36,858 bases of DNA. Source: a virus. Each line of letters begins with the position of its first letter. Positions within the stretch are counted from its first letter, which is position 1. Under the pieces are notes generated by a model. It did not search any database. It was given only the letters and a program-made list of their open reading frames with translations, and was not told where the DNA came from. The stretch is taken from IMG/VR virus record IMGVR_UViG_3300046455_000369. One strand, given 5' to 3'. A program made the position numbers and the translations under genes. Below are positions 23,300-30,349 of the stretch, one piece after another.

Positions 23300-23616
23300 G
23301 CGACGCCCTGAAGAAGGCCGAGGCCGCGGTCACCGAGGCGCAGACGGACACGGTGGCCGTACAACTGGCGCTCGCCGCCGTCGAGCTGGCCAAGGCCGCC
23401 ACCGCCCAGCAGCCGCAGCAGCAGGCGCCGGCCTGTAGCCACCAGCCCCGGCAGGGCCGTAGTACGGGCGAGTGGTTGGGGATCGGCTGCGCCGTGTGCG
23501 TTGGGGGCGTCGGGATCGCCTTCGCGTCCATCGCCATCGCCATCGGCGGCATGTCCGTCGCCATCCTCGCCCTGGTGCTGCGCTCCATCTGGCGAGACCT
23601 GCAGAGGGGACGCTGA
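23296..23616 (+). CDS. Membrane protein (106 aa; N-terminal helix, C-terminal TM)
   Basis: GTGA overlap start at 23296. C-terminal part: ...EWLGIGCAVCVGGVGIAFASIAIAIGGMSVAILALVLRSIW. Confidence 0.5.
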   Translation: MSDALKKAEAAVTEAQTDTVAVQLALAAVELAKAATAQQPQQQAPACSHQPRQGRSTGEWLGIGCAVCVGGVGIAFASIAIAIGGMSVAILALVLRSIWRDLQRGR

Positions 23617-23618
23617 CC

Positions 23619-23801
23619 GTGGCCGACGACATCGACTGGGGCGACCTCAACTGGTCGGAGAAGCGGGCCGTCCTGCGAGCGGACGCAAAGGGCGGCTGGA
23701 GCGTCCTGCGCACCCGCGCCACCAGCACGCCCAAGGCCGACCGCGAGGTCGAGGCCGTCTTCGAGCGGGCCCGCAAGCGCATCGCCAAGGGCAAGAAGTA
23801 G
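23619..23801 (+). CDS. Small basic protein (60 aa)
   Basis: GTG 23619. Sequence: VADDIDWGDLNWSEKRAVLRADAKGGWSVLRTRATSTPKADREVEAVFERARKRIAKGKK*. Confidence 0.4.
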   Translation: MADDIDWGDLNWSEKRAVLRADAKGGWSVLRTRATSTPKADREVEAVFERARKRIAKGKK

Positions 23802-23804
23802 CAC

Positions 23805-23847
23805 CCCGAGGACGGCGCCCTACCGCCAAGCAGCCGCCGTCCTCGGG
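23805..23847 (+). terminator. Perfect 13-bp-stem hairpin (terminator/attenuator) just upstream of the TraB-like gene
   Basis: cccgaggacggcg-(17 nt)-cgccgtcctcggg, with no T-run. Confidence 0.45.
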
Positions 23848-23884
23848 CCACCCGACCGCCCAACAGAACGACCGGAGAACCAGG

Positions 23885-25966
23885 ATGACAGTCCACCTGA
23901 TCAAGCCGGAACAGGACGCCCCCGAGGACGCGCCGGACACCACTCCGTCCTCGACGCGTCCCGAGCGGCGCCGCGCCCGCTATCTCCGCATCACCAAGGC
24001 CGCCCTCACCGACGACCGCGTCCGCACCGCCGGACGCCTCGCCGTCCGCCACGCGTCCTACATCACCGGCGGAGGACGCATCGTCGGACGCCGCGTCTGG
24101 GACAGCCGGTCCACCGCCCGGTACGAGCGGATGATCCGCGCCGCCGAAGCCGCCGGCCTCATGGACGAAGTCAAGGAATGGGAGGCACGCGCCGCCGCCT
24201 ACAAGGCCGCCCGGCACCGCCGCCGCCTCGACATGCTCCAGCTGATGATCCAAGCCCCCAAGGCCCTCGCGTTCGCCACCGTCGGCGGCGCCGGCGTCCT
24301 CCTCCTAGTCGGCATCCTGCTCGCCTGGGGCAGCGGCGACGTCCACGACGTCCTCACCCCCATCGAGACCGTCATCGACCTGGTCCGCTGGTGCGCGTTC
24401 ATCGGCGGCATCGTCTGGGACCCGTTCCTGTTCGCCGCCCCCTGGATCGGGCTCGCCGCCGTCTGGGCCGTCGGCCAGCACCAGCACACCGCCCCCCAGT
24501 GGGCACTGCCCGCAAGCGCCCGCACCTACGGCGACGCCGTCACCCCGTCCATCGTCGTCATCGCCTTCCGTGACCTGGGCATCTCCCCGCTCCGTAAGGC
24601 CATCGACAGCATGGGCGACCTCGGTGGCGCCATGCTCTCCCCGATCACCATCGCGGGCTGCGGCGTCCAGGTCGACGTCCACCTGCCCACCGGCGTCTCC
24701 ACCGAAGAGATCCAGGCCAGGCGCAAGAAGCTCGCCGAGAACCTCAACCGGCACGAACACGAGGTGTTCATCTCCATCCCACCGCAGCCCCGCACCGTCA
24801 GCCTGTGGATCGCCGACTCCGGCGCCCTCGACGAACCCATCGGCCCCTCGCCGCTCGTGCTCGACGACGACATCCACGCCAACTACAAGACCGGCCGCGC
24901 CCCCTGGGGCCAGTCCCTGCGCGGCGACAACGTCGGCATGAGCGTCTACCAGCGGCACGTCCTCATGACCGGCCTGTCCAACCAGGGCAAGACCGCCTCC
25001 CTGCGGGCCGTCGCCCTCTGGCTCGCCTTCGACACCTCCGTCGAGTTCTGGATCGGCGACCTCAAGGGCATCGGCGACTGGCGGATGTTCAACGGCATCG
25101 CCACCGTCCTCATCGAGGGCCCCACCGACGAACACGCCTGCTCCGTCACCGAGATGGTCGAGGCCGCCGTCAAGGAGATGGAGAAGCGCCTCCAGGACCC
25201 GCCCGGCACCGTCCACCACCCGCTCGTCGTCATCGTCGACGAGGCCCAGGTCGCGTTCATGAACCCGCTCAAGGGCGACGACGGCCGCCCCTACGGCGGC
25301 AAGAAGGCCACCAGCAGGTACTTCATGGCCTGCCGCCGCCTCCACAACCAGGGCCGCGCCGTCTCCGTCACCCTGTGGCAGGGCACCCAGGACCCCACCG
25401 ACGAGAACCTGCCCAAGCTGGTCCGCGAGGGCGCCCACATCCGGGCCTCCCTCGTCGTCGGCACCGAGTCCCAGGCCAAGATGGCCCTCGGCGACAAGGC
25501 CGTGAACGCCGGCGCCGCACCTCACCTGCTGCGCCAAGGCCTCGACAAGGGCACCCTCGTCGTCGCCGGCGACGGCATCGAGATCCCGGCCGGGGAACCG
25601 GCCATCACCGTCCGCACCCACTTCATCGACACCGACCCCGCCAAGGAGATCGCAGAGCGCGCCCGCCAGCTCCGCGACGGCATCGCCACCGTCCACCAGC
25701 TGGAGGTCGCCCCCGACGTCGACCACCTCCTCGACCTGGCCGCGGTCGTCGGCCGCGAGAACCGCGTCCGCACCACCGAGGTCATCCACCGGCTCAAGTC
25801 CCGCAACCACCCCGTGTACGAGCACTGGGACGGCAAGCGCCTCAAGGCCCTGCTCGCCGAGTACGGGGAGGAGCCGGGGGTGTCCGACGGCTATCCGGTG
25901 GTCAAGCTGGAGAGCGTCGAGAGGGCCCTCGAACGCCGCGCGGAGCAGCTTGCTGAAGCCCAGTGA
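23885..25966 (+). CDS. TraB/TraSA-like FtsK/SpoIIIE-family dsDNA translocase (693 aa)
   Basis: GGAG RBS, ATG 23885. N-terminal TM helices: ALAFATVGGAGVLLLVGILLAWG and FIGGIVWDPFLFAAPWIGLAAVWAVG. Walker A: LMTGLSNQGKTAS. Walker B: HPLVVIVDEAQVAF. C-terminal wHTH-like region: RVRTTEVIHRLKSRNHPVYEHWDGKRLKALLAEYG. Confidence 0.8.
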   Translation: MTVHLIKPEQDAPEDAPDTTPSSTRPERRRARYLRITKAALTDDRVRTAGRLAVRHASYITGGGRIVGRRVWDSRSTARYERMIRAAEAAGLMDEVKEWEARAAAYKAARHRRRLDMLQLMIQAPKALAFATVGGAGVLLLVGILLAWGSGDVHDVLTPIETVIDLVRWCAFIGGIVWDPFLFAAPWIGLAAVWAVGQHQHTAPQWALPASARTYGDAVTPSIVVIAFRDLGISPLRKAIDSMGDLGGAMLSPITIAGCGVQVDVHLPTGVSTEEIQARRKKLAENLNRHEHEVFISIPPQPRTVSLWIADSGALDEPIGPSPLVLDDDIHANYKTGRAPWGQSLRGDNVGMSVYQRHVLMTGLSNQGKTASLRAVALWLAFDTSVEFWIGDLKGIGDWRMFNGIATVLIEGPTDEHACSVTEMVEAAVKEMEKRLQDPPGTVHHPLVVIVDEAQVAFMNPLKGDDGRPYGGKKATSRYFMACRRLHNQGRAVSVTLWQGTQDPTDENLPKLVREGAHIRASLVVGTESQAKMALGDKAVNAGAAPHLLRQGLDKGTLVVAGDGIEIPAGEPAITVRTHFIDTDPAKEIAERARQLRDGIATVHQLEVAPDVDHLLDLAAVVGRENRVRTTEVIHRLKSRNHPVYEHWDGKRLKALLAEYGEEPGVSDGYPVVKLESVERALERRAEQLAEAQ

Positions 25967-26130
25967 CCCGGCAGTGGTCAGTGACCTTTCACTTCCAAGG
26001 TCACTGACCCGCCCCACTGGCTTTGATCAGCGGAAACAGCGATCAAGTGAGGAAGTGAGGCCGTCTGTAAGGTCCCGTCAGGACCCGGCAAACGGCCTCT
26101 CTGCGCGTCGCACACAAGGTCACTCACTGC
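25958..26130. repeat. Dense AGTGA(C/G) motif array with nested palindromes (candidate clt / iteron / operator cluster)
   Basis: AGTGA on + at 25962, 25980, 26046 and 26054; TCACT at 25989, 26001, 26120 and 26124. GGTCAGTGACC (25976-86) and its reverse complement GGTCACTGACC (25999-26009). Tandem AAGTGAGG x2 (26045-26060). GGTCC-cgtca-GGACC (26071-26085). GATCA x2. Confidence 0.7.
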
Positions 26131-26144
26131 CGCATCATGGGGGC

Positions 26145-26345
26145 ATGGAGTCGCTGACCTACCGCCCCGGCCACTACACCGCCCACCAGACCGCCGAGAT
26201 CCTCGACGTCGGCCTCGGAACCATCCGGCAGATGGTCCGGCGCGGCCAGCTCCGCCGCTCCGGCGGGACCCCGCGGCAGCCCTGGTACCCCGCCGCAGAG
26301 GTCAACGCGCTCGCCGCGAAACGACAAGAGCGCGTTGCCGCTTGA
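26145..26345 (+). CDS. Excisionase-family (MerR-like) HTH DNA-binding protein (66 aa)
   Basis: MESLTYRPGHYTAHQTAEILDVGLGTIRQMVRRGQLRRSGGTPRQPWYPAAEVNALAAKRQ fits the Xis-type HTH pattern. Confidence 0.65.
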   Translation: MESLTYRPGHYTAHQTAEILDVGLGTIRQMVRRGQLRRSGGTPRQPWYPAAEVNALAAKRQERVAA

Positions 26346-26415
26346 CCAGCAGGTCAGAGCGATGTAACGATCTCGGTGTACAACTGTGCCCGCAGACGGC
26401 ACCACAGACGCACAC

Positions 26416-26448
26416 GAAGCCCCGGCCAATCCCCCCGGCCGGGGCTTC
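26416..26448 (+). terminator. 12-bp-stem GC hairpin after the HTH gene
   Basis: gaagccccggcc-aatcccccc-ggccggggcttc, with no T-run (common in Streptomyces). Confidence 0.55.
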
Positions 26449-26611
26449 GTCGTGCCAGGCCGCCGCCGCCCGAGCGAGGGGCAGAGGTGACCCCACGCGG
26501 CCGCTCCGGCGCGCGGCGGCCCCCAACCGTCACAACACGGCCACACCACCCCCAAGCCGTCCCCAAGCGGCGCATGATGCCCCATCAGCATCAGCACACC
26601 CTGGGGGGACC

Positions 26612-27193
26612 ATGAACACACGCACAGTCACCTGCGCCGCCCTGCTCGGCCTCGCCGCCACCCTGACCGCCTGCAGCAGCAGCGGAGACCCCAAGCCCGC
26701 CGTCACCGTCACACAGACCGTGACCGCCTCACCCGGCTCCAGCGCAAGCCCCGCGGCCGCCGACAACGGCTCGCTGAAGATGGGCGCCGTCAAGACCATC
26801 GACGACACCGCCAACGACGTCCACATCACCATCCAGGCCCTGGCCTACCAGCAGCCCTACAAGGGCCCGCAGCCCCAGAAGCCGGACAAGAGCCTGGGCG
26901 GCGACACCTGGTCCACCATCAACGTCAAGGTCTGCAACACCAGCGGCCCCGACATCAACGTCAGTCAGGACCCCTGGTCCCTCGACTACGCCGACGGAAC
27001 CAGCATCAAGACCACCGGCCTCTCGGGCGGCGACATGCCTAAGCCCGAGTTCCCCATGGATAAGGCCATCAAGGCTGGCCGCTGCGCCGCAGGCCTGATC
27101 GCATTCCCGGTCGAGAGCAGCAAGACGCCCGCGCGCGTCATCTACGCCCCCGACGGCGCCGAGCCCATCGAATGGGCCGTCGCCGCGTCCTGA
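26612..27193 (+). CDS. Lipoprotein (193 aa; lipobox LTAC; DUF4352-like beta-sandwich suspected)
   Basis: MNTRTVTCAALLGLAATLTAC|SSSGDP is a signal peptide plus lipobox. ATG 26612 follows ggggggac. It is preceded by a 266-bp non-coding stretch and a hairpin. Confidence 0.75.
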   Translation: MNTRTVTCAALLGLAATLTACSSSGDPKPAVTVTQTVTASPGSSASPAAADNGSLKMGAVKTIDDTANDVHITIQALAYQQPYKGPQPQKPDKSLGGDTWSTINVKVCNTSGPDINVSQDPWSLDYADGTSIKTTGLSGGDMPKPEFPMDKAIKAGRCAAGLIAFPVESSKTPARVIYAPDGAEPIEWAVAAS

Positions 27194-27209
27194 CCGACGG
27201 GAGGCGCCC

Positions 27210-27500
27210 GTGCCCGGCAACCCGCGCAACGGGCGCCCATACCGCCGCCTCGTCGCCGCACAGAAAGCCCTCGGCCTGCCCTGCTGGTGGTGCGGCGAAC
27301 CCATCCGCTACGACATCACCGGCCCCCTCGCCGGCCGCCACCGCCACGCCTTCACCCTCGACCACGCCACCCCGCTCAGCCGCGGTGGCGACCTCCTCGA
27401 CCCCGCCAACGCCCGCAGCGCGCACCGCCACTGCAACTCGGCCCGCGGCAACCGCACCGACCACAAACGGCAACCGATCCGATCCTCCCGGAGGTGGTGA
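27210..27500 (+). CDS. HNH endonuclease (96 aa)
   Basis: CWWCGEPI...HAFTLDHATPLSRGGDLLDPANARSAHRHCNSARGN is an HNH motif with a CxxC...HxxC zinc site. It lies upstream of the terminase genes. Confidence 0.9.
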   Translation: MPGNPRNGRPYRRLVAAQKALGLPCWWCGEPIRYDITGPLAGRHRHAFTLDHATPLSRGGDLLDPANARSAHRHCNSARGNRTDHKRQPIRSSRRW

Positions 27501-27502
27501 CC

Positions 27503-27712
27503 ATGGCAGTCCCCGCTGCGCCCACACCGTTCCTCCTGCGCCTGGCCGACGGGCGCACATGGGCTGGCGCCGAGTTCGGCCCCGGCCGCTTCGTCTGCGT
27601 CTACCACCCCGGCGAGATCAACCTCTGCACCATCGCGGTGACCTTGACGGACCTGCTCGACGTCCCCGAGGGCAACCCGCTGCACGGCGCCACCGTCGAG
27701 GCTTACGAGTAG
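27503..27712 (+). CDS. Hypothetical protein (69 aa)
   Basis: ATG 27503. Sequence: MAVPAAPTPFLLRLADGRTWAGAEFGPGRFVCVYHPGEINLCTIAVTLTDLLDVPEGNPLHGATVEAYE*. Confidence 0.45.
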   Translation: MAVPAAPTPFLLRLADGRTWAGAEFGPGRFVCVYHPGEINLCTIAVTLTDLLDVPEGNPLHGATVEAYE

Positions 27713-27738
27713 CCGAAAGCGAGGGGGGAGGTAACACC

Positions 27739-28176
27739 GTGCTGATCGTGGTCACCGGGCCGCCAACCGGTGGCAAGTCCTCATGGATCCAGTCCCACGC
27801 CACAGCCCGTGACATCGTCATCGACCTAGACCTCCTCACCCGGGCCCTGTCCGGGCCCGGCGCCCCCCAGTGGAACCAGGACCCGCTCCAGCTCAAGGTG
27901 GCCCACCGCGCCCGGTACGCCGCCATGGACGCCGCCTACGAGGTACGCGACCAGGTCGATGTCTACCTGATCCACACCATGCCCAGCGGCAAGGCACTCG
28001 CCCGGTACAAGCGCCTTGGAGCTCGCATCGTCACCGTCGACCCCGGCCGCGACGTGGTCATGCAGCGCATCGAGGCCATGCGCGACCAGGACATGCAGAG
28101 GGTCGCAACCCGCTGGTACAACAACCGGCCGGCCTCGTCACCGAGCGCGATGCCCCAGACGTCACGGCCCTGGTGA
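27739..28176 (+). CDS. Small P-loop NTPase (145 aa)
   Basis: RBS gaggggggagg, then GTG 27739. Walker A: VLIVVTGPPTGGKSSW. Possible Walker B: VYLIHT. The class (kinase-like or ATPase) is unresolved. Confidence 0.6.
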   Translation: MLIVVTGPPTGGKSSWIQSHATARDIVIDLDLLTRALSGPGAPQWNQDPLQLKVAHRARYAAMDAAYEVRDQVDVYLIHTMPSGKALARYKRLGARIVTVDPGRDVVMQRIEAMRDQDMQRVATRWYNNRPASSPSAMPQTSRPW

Positions 28177-28384
28177 GCACCGGCTCGGCCTGATCGCAGA
28201 GCAGATGATCACGGCACCTAGGGGGGTACGCCGACGACGGAAAGTGCCTTCCCGGGCGACCCAAACGCCCTTGTCGCCCGATTTTTTGCGCGGCGATTTT
28301 TTCTTGATCAATTCGCGTGAACTCAGTTCGGCCCTTTTAGCGGCGGTCACCGTGCGTGACTGTCACCCTCCGTGATGGGCGGTC
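28177..28384. other. Candidate cos / terminase-recognition region
   Basis: A 208-bp AT-richer gap between the P-loop gene and terS. CGATTTTTT x2 (28279, 28294). TCTTGATCA x2 (28302, 28383). Palindrome GTGAC-t-GTCAC (28356-28366). GTCACC x3 (28346, 28362, 28400). An HNH gene is nearby. Confidence 0.45.
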
Positions 28385-28669
28385 TTGATCATGGGCATGG
28401 TCACCGACAAGATCAAACAAGAGATCCAAGATCTTCGTGCCGACGAAACCACGCCCGGCCTCGCGCAAGTCGCCATCGCCCTCGCCGAGTCGATCGACGA
28501 GCCCGGCGGCCCCACCGGCAAGGCGAACGCCGCCCGAGAGCTGCGCGCCGTGATGAACGACCTCCGCAAGCTCGCGCCGATCGCCGAGGAGGGGGACACC
28601 GTCGATGACATTGCTCAGCAACGAGCGAAGCGCCAAGCCGCCGCCCGCGAGAAGGCAGCCGGTGGCTGA
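28385..28669 (+). CDS. terS: Terminase small subunit (about 94 aa)
   Basis: Position immediately upstream of and overlapping terL. Actinophage TerS-like helical protein (GLAQVAIALAESIDEPGGPTGKANAARELRAVMNDLRKL). Alternative starts at 28391 and 28397. Confidence 0.65.
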   Translation: MIMGMVTDKIKQEIQDLRADETTPGLAQVAIALAESIDEPGGPTGKANAARELRAVMNDLRKLAPIAEEGDTVDDIAQQRAKRQAAAREKAAGG

Positions 28670-30149
28670 CGGCCCCGCGCAGGGCTGGCAGGCGCCGCCG
28701 ATCGAGACCGCGCCGCCGTCGGTGACGACGGCCGGCCAGGAGGCGATCGATCTTGCGGCGCGGGCCGGGCTGCGCTTGGACCCGTGGCAGCAGCACGTCC
28801 TGCGACAGGGGATGGGCGAGCAGGCCGACGGCAACTGGGCAGCGTTCGAGGTCGCCGTCAACGTTCCCCGCCAGAACGGCAAGGGCGGGATCATCGAGGC
28901 CCGGGAGCTGTGGGGCCTGTTCATCGGCGGCGAGCAGCTGATCCTGCACTCGGCACACGAGTTCAAGACGGCAAAGAACGCGTTCAAGCGGATCGAGCGT
29001 CTCATCCGCGCGTGCCCTGACCTGCACAAACGTGTGAGGGCGTACCGGTACACGGTCGGTGAGGAGTCCATCGAGCTGCACACCGGGCAGGTGCTGCGGT
29101 TCATCGCCCGCTCCAAGGGCTCCGGGCGTGGCTTCACCGGCGACTGCAACATCCTCGACGAGGACATGATCCTGGGCGACGAAGCGATGGACGCGCTGCT
29201 GCCCACGATGGCAGCCGTCGCCAACCCGCAGATCTGGTACCTGGGTTCAGCCGGGATCGGCACCCCCTCGGTGCAGCTGGGACGCCTGCGCCGGCGGGCG
29301 CTCGCAGCGATCGAGACCGGCACCCCCGACCCGTCGCTTGCCTACATGGAGTGGTCGTGCGACCTGCACGTGGACGAGTGCCCGCAGAACTGCGAGGCGC
29401 ACGACGACGCTGCCTCGGACGAGGCGGTGCTGAAGTCCAATCCGGCGGTCGGCTTCCGGCTGACCCTGGAGAAGGTCCGGAACGAGCGGTCGACGCTGAG
29501 CGCGGCCGGCTTCGCGAGGGAGCGGCTCGGCGTGGGCGACTATCCATCCGACGAAGCGGACACGTGGCAGGTCATCGGGCAGGACGCATGGCGGGCTCTG
29601 GCGGACGTTGGCAGCGCCCCGAGTGACCCGGTGGCCTTCTCCATCGACATGACGCCGGAACGCAGCCACGCGGCTATCTGCGTGGCCGGGTACTGGCAGG
29701 GCGGCGTGCACGTCGAGGTGGTTGACCACCGTCCCGGCACCGGCTGGATTCTCGAACGGGCCAAGGAACTGCATGAGCGGTGGGGGCCGCGCTGCTGGGT
29801 GGTCGACGGCGGCGGCCCGGCCGGATCGCTCATCCCCGACCTGGAGGACGAGGAGAAGGGCCTGGGCGTCACCGTCGTCCAACCGAAGGCCCGGGAGATC
29901 GCGCAGGCCTGCGCGCAGTTCTACGACGCCGTCACCGAGCAGAACCTGAGTCACCTTGACCAGGCGCCGCTGGCGTCCGCGCTGGCGGGCGCTCAGAAGC
30001 GACCGCTCGGCGACGCGTGGGCGTGGGCCCGCCGGATCGTCTCCGTGGACATCAGCCCGCTGGTGGCCGCGACGTTCGCGAAGTGGGGGCTGTCGGCGGT
30101 GCTCGACGAGCAGGAAGAGGAGGCGCTGCCGTGGGCGGAGTACGGATGA
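28605..30149 (+). CDS. terL: Terminase large subunit (up to 514 aa)
   Basis: Walker A-like VNVPRQNGKGG. Walker B-like CNILDEDM. A C-terminal nuclease-like domain is present. Alternative start GTG 28662 gives a short overlap with terS. Confidence 0.9.
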   Translation: MTLLSNERSAKPPPARRQPVADGPAQGWQAPPIETAPPSVTTAGQEAIDLAARAGLRLDPWQQHVLRQGMGEQADGNWAAFEVAVNVPRQNGKGGIIEARELWGLFIGGEQLILHSAHEFKTAKNAFKRIERLIRACPDLHKRVRAYRYTVGEESIELHTGQVLRFIARSKGSGRGFTGDCNILDEDMILGDEAMDALLPTMAAVANPQIWYLGSAGIGTPSVQLGRLRRRALAAIETGTPDPSLAYMEWSCDLHVDECPQNCEAHDDAASDEAVLKSNPAVGFRLTLEKVRNERSTLSAAGFARERLGVGDYPSDEADTWQVIGQDAWRALADVGSAPSDPVAFSIDMTPERSHAAICVAGYWQGGVHVEVVDHRPGTGWILERAKELHERWGPRCWVVDGGGPAGSLIPDLEDEEKGLGVTVVQPKAREIAQACAQFYDAVTEQNLSHLDQAPLASALAGAQKRPLGDAWAWARRIVSVDISPLVAATFAKWGLSAVLDEQEEEALPWAEYG

Positions 30150-30349
30150 GCCGGCTACGGAAGCTGACCGCCCTGACCTGGTCCCGGCTCGGCTACAGCG
30201 CGGGCTGCGCGGCCATGGCCGTGGGCGTCGGCCTGGAGGTGGGGCTGGGCTGGGGCCTGGTCGTAGGAGGGGTCATGAGCGCGGCCTCGTCGCTCCTGCT
30301 GGTCGACGTGGCCGGGCAACGCCCCCAGAACGGAGGTGACAGCGGATGA
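30146..30349 (+). CDS. Small membrane protein between terL and portal (67 aa)
   Basis: ATGA overlap start. Hydrophobic segments: YSAGCAAMAVGVGLEVGLGWGLVVGGVMSAASSLLLV. Confidence 0.5.
   Translation: MSRLRKLTALTWSRLGYSAGCAAMAVGVGLEVGLGWGLVVGGVMSAASSLLLVDVAGQRPQNGGDSG

Noticed and set aside
24305-26017. 570-aa minus-strand ORF opposite the TraB-like gene
   Set aside because: It is an antisense shadow ORF in GC-rich DNA. The + frame has FtsK Walker A/B motifs and TM helices.
25964-26090. Two GACCCGGC octamers (25964, 26082) resembling the pSVH1 TraB recognition sequence GACCCGGA
   Set aside because: - GC-rich octamers like this occur several times elsewhere in the genome (for example 1191, 4562, 9671).
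- About 7 copies are expected by chance at this composition.
- The AGTGA(C/G) array is the statistically stronger signal.
26145-26345. Calling the excisionase-family HTH the recombination directionality factor
   Set aside because: - Serine integrase RDFs are generally not Xis-type HTH proteins.
- This gene is far from int.
- It is kept as a generic DNA-binding protein.
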